Shown here piece by piece: positions 1 through 3,569 of a stretch of 3,569 nt of DNA. Origin of the DNA: Escherichia phage MS2; the sequence record NC_001417.2; one strand, written 5' to 3'. A program made the translations under genes and the position numbers. Position 1 is the first letter of the stretch. Every line of letters begins with the position of its first letter. Below the pieces are notes generated by a model. That model was not told where the DNA came from. It worked only from the letters and a program-made list of their open reading frames with translations, and ran no database searches.

Positions 1-4
1 GGGT

Positions 5-24
5 GGGACCCCTTTCGGGGTCCT
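5..24 (+). promoter_or_regulatory. 5'-terminal stable hairpin (RNA structure)
   Basis: Read directly: 6-12 GGACCCC pairs with 17-23 GGGGUCC (seven Watson-Crick pairs), closed by G5-U24 wobble, loop UUUC at 13-16. Matches the known stable 5' hairpin of MS2-like RNA. Confidence 0.8.
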
Positions 25-115
25 GCTCAACTTCCTGTCGAGCTAATGCCATTTTTAATGTCTTTAGCGAGACGCTACCATGGCTATCGCTGTAGGTAGC
101 CGGAATTCCATTCCT

Positions 116-122
116 AGGAGGT
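116..122 (+). promoter_or_regulatory. Shine-Dalgarno sequence of the maturation gene (AGGAGGU)
   Basis: AGGAGGU at 116-122, 7 nt upstream of the GUG start at 130-132. Confidence 0.85.
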
Positions 123-129
123 TTGACCT

Positions 130-1311
130 GTGCGAGCTTTTAGTACCCTTGATAGGGAGAACGAGACCTTCGTCCCCTCCGTTCGCGTTTACGCGGACGG
201 TGAGACTGAAGATAACTCATTCTCTTTAAAATATCGTTCGAACTGGACTCCCGGTCGTTTTAACTCGACTGGGGCCAAAACGAAACAGTGGCACTACCCC
301 TCTCCGTATTCACGGGGGGCGTTAAGTGTCACATCGATAGATCAAGGTGCCTACAAGCGAAGTGGGTCATCGTGGGGTCGCCCGTACGAGGAGAAAGCCG
401 GTTTCGGCTTCTCCCTCGACGCACGCTCCTGCTACAGCCTCTTCCCTGTAAGCCAAAACTTGACTTACATCGAAGTGCCGCAGAACGTTGCGAACCGGGC
501 GTCGACCGAAGTCCTGCAAAAGGTCACCCAGGGTAATTTTAACCTTGGTGTTGCTTTAGCAGAGGCCAGGTCGACAGCCTCACAACTCGCGACGCAAACC
601 ATTGCGCTCGTGAAGGCGTACACTGCCGCTCGTCGCGGTAATTGGCGCCAGGCGCTCCGCTACCTTGCCCTAAACGAAGATCGAAAGTTTCGATCAAAAC
701 ACGTGGCCGGCAGGTGGTTGGAGTTGCAGTTCGGTTGGTTACCACTAATGAGTGATATCCAGGGTGCATATGAGATGCTTACGAAGGTTCACCTTCAAGA
801 GTTTCTTCCTATGAGAGCCGTACGTCAGGTCGGTACTAACATCAAGTTAGATGGCCGTCTGTCGTATCCAGCTGCAAACTTCCAGACAACGTGCAACATA
901 TCGCGACGTATCGTGATATGGTTTTACATAAACGATGCACGTTTGGCATGGTTGTCGTCTCTAGGTATCTTGAACCCACTAGGTATAGTGTGGGAAAAGG
1001 TGCCTTTCTCATTCGTTGTCGACTGGCTCCTACCTGTAGGTAACATGCTCGAGGGCCTTACGGCCCCCGTGGGATGCTCCTACATGTCAGGAACAGTTAC
1101 TGACGTAATAACGGGTGAGTCCATCATAAGCGTTGACGCTCCCTACGGGTGGACTGTGGAGAGACAGGGCACTGCTAAGGCCCAAATCTCAGCCATGCAT
1201 CGAGGGGTACAATCCGTATGGCCAACAACTGGCGCGTACGTAAAGTCTCCTTTCTCGATGGTCCATACCTTAGATGCGTTAGCATTAATCAGGCAACGGC
1301 TCTCTAGATAG
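130..1311 (+). CDS. mat: Maturation (A / assembly) protein; binds genomic RNA and the F-pilus
   Basis: 393-aa ORF starting with GUG (MRAFSTLDRENETFVPS...) preceded by a strong SD. UAG stop at 1309-1311. Translation recognised as MS2 A protein. First gene in the canonical levivirus order. Confidence 0.96.
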   Translation: MRAFSTLDRENETFVPSVRVYADGETEDNSFSLKYRSNWTPGRFNSTGAKTKQWHYPSPYSRGALSVTSIDQGAYKRSGSSWGRPYEEKAGFGFSLDARSCYSLFPVSQNLTYIEVPQNVANRASTEVLQKVTQGNFNLGVALAEARSTASQLATQTIALVKAYTAARRGNWRQALRYLALNEDRKFRSKHVAGRWLELQFGWLPLMSDIQGAYEMLTKVHLQEFLPMRAVRQVGTNIKLDGRLSYPAANFQTTCNISRRIVIWFYINDARLAWLSSLGILNPLGIVWEKVPFSFVVDWLLPVGNMLEGLTAPVGCSYMSGTVTDVITGESIISVDAPYGWTVERQGTAKAQISAMHRGVQSVWPTTGAYVKSPFSMVHTLDALALIRQRLSR

Positions 1312-1322
1312 AGCCCTCAACC

Positions 1323-1326
1323 GGAG
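1323..1326 (+). promoter_or_regulatory. Shine-Dalgarno-like GGAG for the coat gene
   Basis: GGAG at 1323-1326, 8 nt upstream of the coat AUG at 1335, within the 23-nt mat-coat intergenic region (1312-1334). Confidence 0.7.
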
Positions 1327-1334
1327 TTTGAAGC

Positions 1335-1727
1335 ATGGCTTCTAACTTTACTCAGTTCGTTCTCGTCGACAATGGCGGAACTGGCGACGTGACTGTCGCC
1401 CCAAGCAACTTCGCTAACGGGGTCGCTGAATGGATCAGCTCTAACTCGCGTTCACAGGCTTACAAAGTAACCTGTAGCGTTCGTCAGAGCTCTGCGCAGA
1501 ATCGCAAATACACCATCAAAGTCGAGGTGCCTAAAGTGGCAACCCAGACTGTTGGTGGTGTAGAGCTTCCTGTAGCCGCATGGCGTTCGTACTTAAATAT
1601 GGAACTAACCATTCCAATTTTCGCTACGAATTCCGACTGCGAGCTTATTGTTAAGGCAATGCAAGGTCTCCTAAAAGATGGAAACCCGATTCCCTCAGCA
1701 ATCGCAGCAAACTCCGGCATCTACTAA
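1335..1727 (+). CDS. cp: Coat (capsid) protein; also the translational repressor of the replicase gene
   Basis: 130-aa ORF MASNFTQFVLVDNGGTGDVTVAPSNFANGVAEWISSNSRSQAYK...SGIY, recognised as MS2 coat protein. AUG at 1335. UAA stop at 1725-1727 immediately followed by in-frame UAG at 1728-1730. Confidence 0.98.
   Translation: MASNFTQFVLVDNGGTGDVTVAPSNFANGVAEWISSNSRSQAYKVTCSVRQSSAQNRKYTIKVEVPKVATQTVGGVELPVAAWRSYLNMELTIPIFATNSDCELIVKAMQGLLKDGNPIPSAIAANSGIY
1427..1433 (+). promoter_or_regulatory. 5' arm of the long-range 'Min Jou' interaction inside the coat gene
   Basis: UGAAUGG at 1427-1433 is the exact reverse complement of CCAUUCA at 1738-1744, just upstream of the replicase RBS. This is the known pairing that keeps the replicase start closed until ribosomes traverse the coat gene. 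Confidence 0.85.
1665..1686 (+). promoter_or_regulatory. Candidate hairpin sequestering the lysis start codon
   Basis: GGUCUCC at 1665-1671 can pair with GGAAACC at 1680-1686 (six of seven pairs, one internal mismatch). The loop region holds the lysis AUG at 1678-1680. Consistent with known coupling of lysis translation to coat termination. Fold not computed. Confidence 0.4.
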
Positions 1728-1905
1728 TAGACGCCGGCCATTCAAACATGAGGATTACCCATGTCGAAGACAACAAAGAAGTTCAACTCTTTATGTATTG
1801 ATCTTCCTCGCGATCTTTCTCTCGAAATTTACCAATCAATTGCTTCTGTCGCTACTGGAAGCGGTGATCCGCACAGTGACGACTTTACAGCAATTGCTTA
1901 CTTAA
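1678..1905 (+). CDS. lys: Lysis protein L (single-gene lysis protein)
   Basis: 75-aa ORF in a different frame from both coat and replicase, overlapping the coat 3' end (1678-1727) and the replicase 5' end (1761-1905). Basic N-terminal half (RRRPFKHEDYPCRRQQR) followed by a hydrophobic segment (LYVLIFLAIFLSKF...LLLSLLEAVI) containing Leu-Ser dipeptides. Translation recognised as MS2 L. Confidence 0.93.
   Translation: METRFPQQSQQTPASTNRRRPFKHEDYPCRRQQRSSTLYVLIFLAIFLSKFTNQLLLSLLEAVIRTVTTLQQLLT
1738..1744 (+). promoter_or_regulatory. 3' arm of the 'Min Jou' long-range interaction
   Basis: CCAUUCA at 1738-1744, perfect complement of 1427-1433, immediately 5' of the operator hairpin. Confidence 0.85.
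1746..1764 (+). promoter_or_regulatory. Translational operator (TR) hairpin: coat-protein binding site, replicase RBS and packaging signal
   Basis: ACAUGAGGAUUACCCAUGU read directly. Lower stem 1746-1750 with 1760-1764, bulged A at 1751, upper stem GG 1752-1753 with CC 1758-1759, loop AUUA 1754-1757. Contains the replicase SD (GAGGA) and AUG (1761-1763). This is the textbook MS2 operator. Confidence 0.96.
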
Positions 1906-3398
1906 GGGACGAATTGCTCACAAAGCATCCGACCTTAGGTTCTGGTAATGACGAGGCGACCCGTCGTACCTTAGCTATCGCTAAGCTACGGGAGGCGAAT
2001 GGTGATCGCGGTCAGATAAATAGAGAAGGTTTCTTACATGACAAATCCTTGTCATGGGATCCGGATGTTTTACAAACCAGCATCCGTAGCCTTATTGGCA
2101 ACCTCCTCTCTGGCTACCGATCGTCGTTGTTTGGGCAATGCACGTTCTCCAACGGTGCTCCTATGGGGCACAAGTTGCAGGATGCAGCGCCTTACAAGAA
2201 GTTCGCTGAACAAGCAACCGTTACCCCCCGCGCTCTGAGAGCGGCTCTATTGGTCCGAGACCAATGTGCGCCGTGGATCAGACACGCGGTCCGCTATAAC
2301 GAGTCATATGAATTTAGGCTCGTTGTAGGGAACGGAGTGTTTACAGTTCCGAAGAATAATAAAATAGATCGGGCTGCCTGTAAGGAGCCTGATATGAATA
2401 TGTACCTCCAGAAAGGGGTCGGTGCTTTCATCAGACGCCGGCTCAAATCCGTTGGTATAGACCTGAATGATCAATCGATCAACCAGCGTCTGGCTCAGCA
2501 GGGCAGCGTAGATGGTTCGCTTGCGACGATAGACTTATCGTCTGCATCCGATTCCATCTCCGATCGCCTGGTGTGGAGTTTTCTCCCACCAGAGCTATAT
2601 TCATATCTCGATCGTATCCGCTCACACTACGGAATCGTAGATGGCGAGACGATACGATGGGAACTATTTTCCACAATGGGAAATGGGTTCACATTTGAGC
2701 TAGAGTCCATGATATTCTGGGCAATAGTCAAAGCGACCCAAATCCATTTTGGTAACGCCGGAACCATAGGCATCTACGGGGACGATATTATATGTCCCAG
2801 TGAGATTGCACCCCGTGTGCTAGAGGCACTTGCCTACTACGGTTTTAAACCGAATCTTCGTAAAACGTTCGTGTCCGGGCTCTTTCGCGAGAGCTGCGGC
2901 GCGCACTTTTACCGTGGTGTCGATGTCAAACCGTTTTACATCAAGAAACCTGTTGACAATCTCTTCGCCCTGATGCTGATATTAAATCGGCTACGGGGTT
3001 GGGGAGTTGTCGGAGGTATGTCAGATCCACGCCTCTATAAGGTGTGGGTACGGCTCTCCTCCCAGGTGCCTTCGATGTTCTTCGGTGGGACGGACCTCGC
3101 TGCCGACTACTACGTAGTCAGCCCGCCTACGGCAGTCTCGGTATACACCAAGACTCCGTACGGGCGGCTGCTCGCGGATACCCGTACCTCGGGTTTCCGT
3201 CTTGCTCGTATCGCTCGAGAACGCAAGTTCTTCAGCGAAAAGCACGACAGTGGTCGCTACATAGCGTGGTTCCATACTGGAGGTGAAATCACCGACAGCA
3301 TGAAGTCCGCCGGCGTGCGCGTTATACGCACTTCGGAGTGGCTAACGCCGGTTCCCACATTCCCTCAGGAGTGTGGGCCAGCGAGCTCTCCTCGGTAG
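1761..3398 (+). CDS. rep: RNA-dependent RNA polymerase (replicase beta subunit)
   Basis: 545-aa ORF MSKTTKKFNSLCIDLPRDLSLEIYQ... with the catalytic YGDD motif. AUG sits inside the operator hairpin. UAG stop at 3396-3398. Last gene in levivirus order. Confidence 0.98.
   Translation: MSKTTKKFNSLCIDLPRDLSLEIYQSIASVATGSGDPHSDDFTAIAYLRDELLTKHPTLGSGNDEATRRTLAIAKLREANGDRGQINREGFLHDKSLSWDPDVLQTSIRSLIGNLLSGYRSSLFGQCTFSNGAPMGHKLQDAAPYKKFAEQATVTPRALRAALLVRDQCAPWIRHAVRYNESYEFRLVVGNGVFTVPKNNKIDRAACKEPDMNMYLQKGVGAFIRRRLKSVGIDLNDQSINQRLAQQGSVDGSLATIDLSSASDSISDRLVWSFLPPELYSYLDRIRSHYGIVDGETIRWELFSTMGNGFTFELESMIFWAIVKATQIHFGNAGTIGIYGDDIICPSEIAPRVLEALAYYGFKPNLRKTFVSGLFRESCGAHFYRGVDVKPFYIKKPVDNLFALMLILNRLRGWGVVGGMSDPRLYKVWVRLSSQVPSMFFGGTDLAADYYVVSPPTAVSVYTKTPYGRLLADTRTSGFRLARIARERKFFSEKHDSGRYIAWFHTGGEITDSMKSAGVRVIRTSEWLTPVPTFPQECGPASSPR
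2775..2786 (+). other. Codons for the replicase catalytic YGDD motif (RdRp motif C)
   Basis: In-frame UAC GGG GAC GAU (Y-G-D-D) within ...TIGIYGDDIICPSE...; the GDD core is the hallmark of RNA-dependent RNA polymerases. Confidence 0.9.
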
Positions 3399-3430
3399 CT
3401 GACCGAGGGACCCCCGTAAACGGGGTGGGT

Positions 3431-3446
3431 GTGCTCGAAAGAGCAC
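3431..3446 (+). other. 3' UTR stem-loop with GAAA tetraloop
   Basis: GUGCUC (3431-3436), GAAA (3437-3440), GAGCAC (3441-3446): perfect 6-bp stem with a GNRA loop. Confidence 0.6.
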
Positions 3447-3467
3447 GGGTGCGAAAGCGGTCCGGCT

Positions 3468-3481
3468 CCACCGAAAGGTGG
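3468..3481 (+). other. 3' UTR stem-loop with GAAA tetraloop
   Basis: CCACC (3468-3472), GAAA (3473-3476), GGUGG (3477-3481): perfect 5-bp stem with a GNRA loop. Confidence 0.55.
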
Positions 3482-3483
3482 GC

Positions 3484-3495
3484 GGGCTTCGGCCC
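3484..3495 (+). other. 3' UTR stem-loop with UUCG tetraloop
   Basis: GGGC (3484-3487), UUCG (3488-3491), GCCC (3492-3495): 4-bp stem with a UNCG loop. Confidence 0.55.
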
Positions 3496-3538
3496 AGGGA
3501 CCTCCCCCTAAAGAGAGGACCCGGGATTCTCCCGATTT

Positions 3539-3564
3539 GGTAACTAGCTGCTTGGCTAGTTACC
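3539..3564 (+). other. 3'-terminal hairpin preceding the single-stranded ACCCA tail
   Basis: GGUAACUAGC (3539-3548) is the exact reverse complement of GCUAGUUACC (3555-3564), giving a perfect 10-bp stem with loop UGCUUG (3549-3554). Followed by ACCCA at 3565-3569. Confidence 0.8.
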
Positions 3565-3569
3565 ACCCA

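Larger units (their letters stand above)
1..129 (+). other. 5' untranslated leader of the phage genomic RNA
   Basis: No ORF before the GUG at 130. Begins GGGUGGG, the typical levivirus 5' terminus. GC-rich and able to fold into structure. Confidence 0.9.
3399..3569 (+). other. 3' untranslated region with multiple stem-loops
   Basis: No ORF after the replicase stop. GC-rich with several short inverted repeats. Ends ...CCACCCA-3', the levivirus 3' terminus. Confidence 0.9.

Noticed and set aside
288-536. 82-aa + strand ORF nested in an alternate frame of the maturation gene
   Set aside because: Fully inside the recognised maturation CDS, with no SD and a low-complexity Arg/Pro-rich translation typical of an out-of-frame read of GC-rich sequence.
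539-769. 76-aa minus-strand ORF
   Set aside because: The minus strand of a +ssRNA levivirus is a replication intermediate and is not translated. The ORF is antisense to the maturation gene.
1484-1720. 78-aa minus-strand ORF antisense to the coat gene
   Set aside because: Antisense to the recognised coat CDS on a strand that is not translated in this virus family. Chance ORF.
2038-2238. 66-aa + strand ORF inside the replicase in an alternate frame
   Set aside because: Nested in the recognised replicase CDS with no ribosome-binding site. No known levivirus gene at this position.
2479-2676. 65-aa minus-strand ORF
   Set aside because: Antisense to the replicase gene on the non-translated strand.
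3021-3286. Overlapping 84-aa minus-strand and 80-aa plus-strand ORFs inside the replicase 3' region
   Set aside because: Both lie within the replicase CDS in other frames or antisense. Arg-rich translations reflect GC-rich out-of-frame sequence rather than real proteins.
3342-3566. 74-aa minus-strand ORF spanning the 3' UTR
   Set aside because: Antisense to the structured 3' UTR. Arg/Pro-rich product is a GC-content artefact, and the minus strand is not translated.
1-3569. The suggestion that the window holds a previously undescribed biological system
   Set aside because: Every gene and the main RNA elements match a well-known MS2-type levivirus genome. No unexplained coding capacity or unusual structure remains after annotation.
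3399-3569. Possible tRNA-like element or small RNA gene in the 3' region
   Set aside because: The hairpins fit the known levivirus 3' UTR structure. I see no cloverleaf with anticodon-loop geometry, and there are no promoter or terminator elements because the genome is RNA.
1-3569. CRISPR arrays, direct repeats, insertion-sequence ends or integrase-type mobile elements
   Set aside because: None are visible. The only repeats are short inverted repeats forming RNA hairpins, and the genome has no DNA stage.

Overview
This window is a complete, full-length genome of an MS2-type levivirus (Emesvirus zinderi, the E. coli F-pilus-specific +ssRNA phage), written as cDNA, and not a previously undescribed system. 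I recognise the four proteins from the translations (maturation, coat, lysis, replicase), the gene order, and the 3569-nt length with native-looking termini (5' GGGUGGG..., 3' ...CCACCCA). The architecture is the canonical one: 5' UTR 1-129; maturation protein 130-1311 with a GUG start; coat 1335-1727; lysis 1678-1905 in a different frame, overlapping the coat 3' end and the replicase 5' end; replicase 1761-3398; 3' UTR 3399-3569. The classic RNA regulatory elements can be read directly: the coat-protein-binding operator hairpin over the replicase start (1746-1764), the long-range 'Min Jou' pairing (1427-1433 with 1738-1744), and 5' and 3' terminal hairpins. All real coding is on the + strand; the other ORFs in the six-frame track are nested or antisense and I reject them. 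I cannot run an alignment, so I cannot say whether this copy differs from the reference MS2 sequence at individual positions. The open questions are provenance (true phage, cloned cDNA, or spike-in/reagent MS2 RNA) and any point variants.
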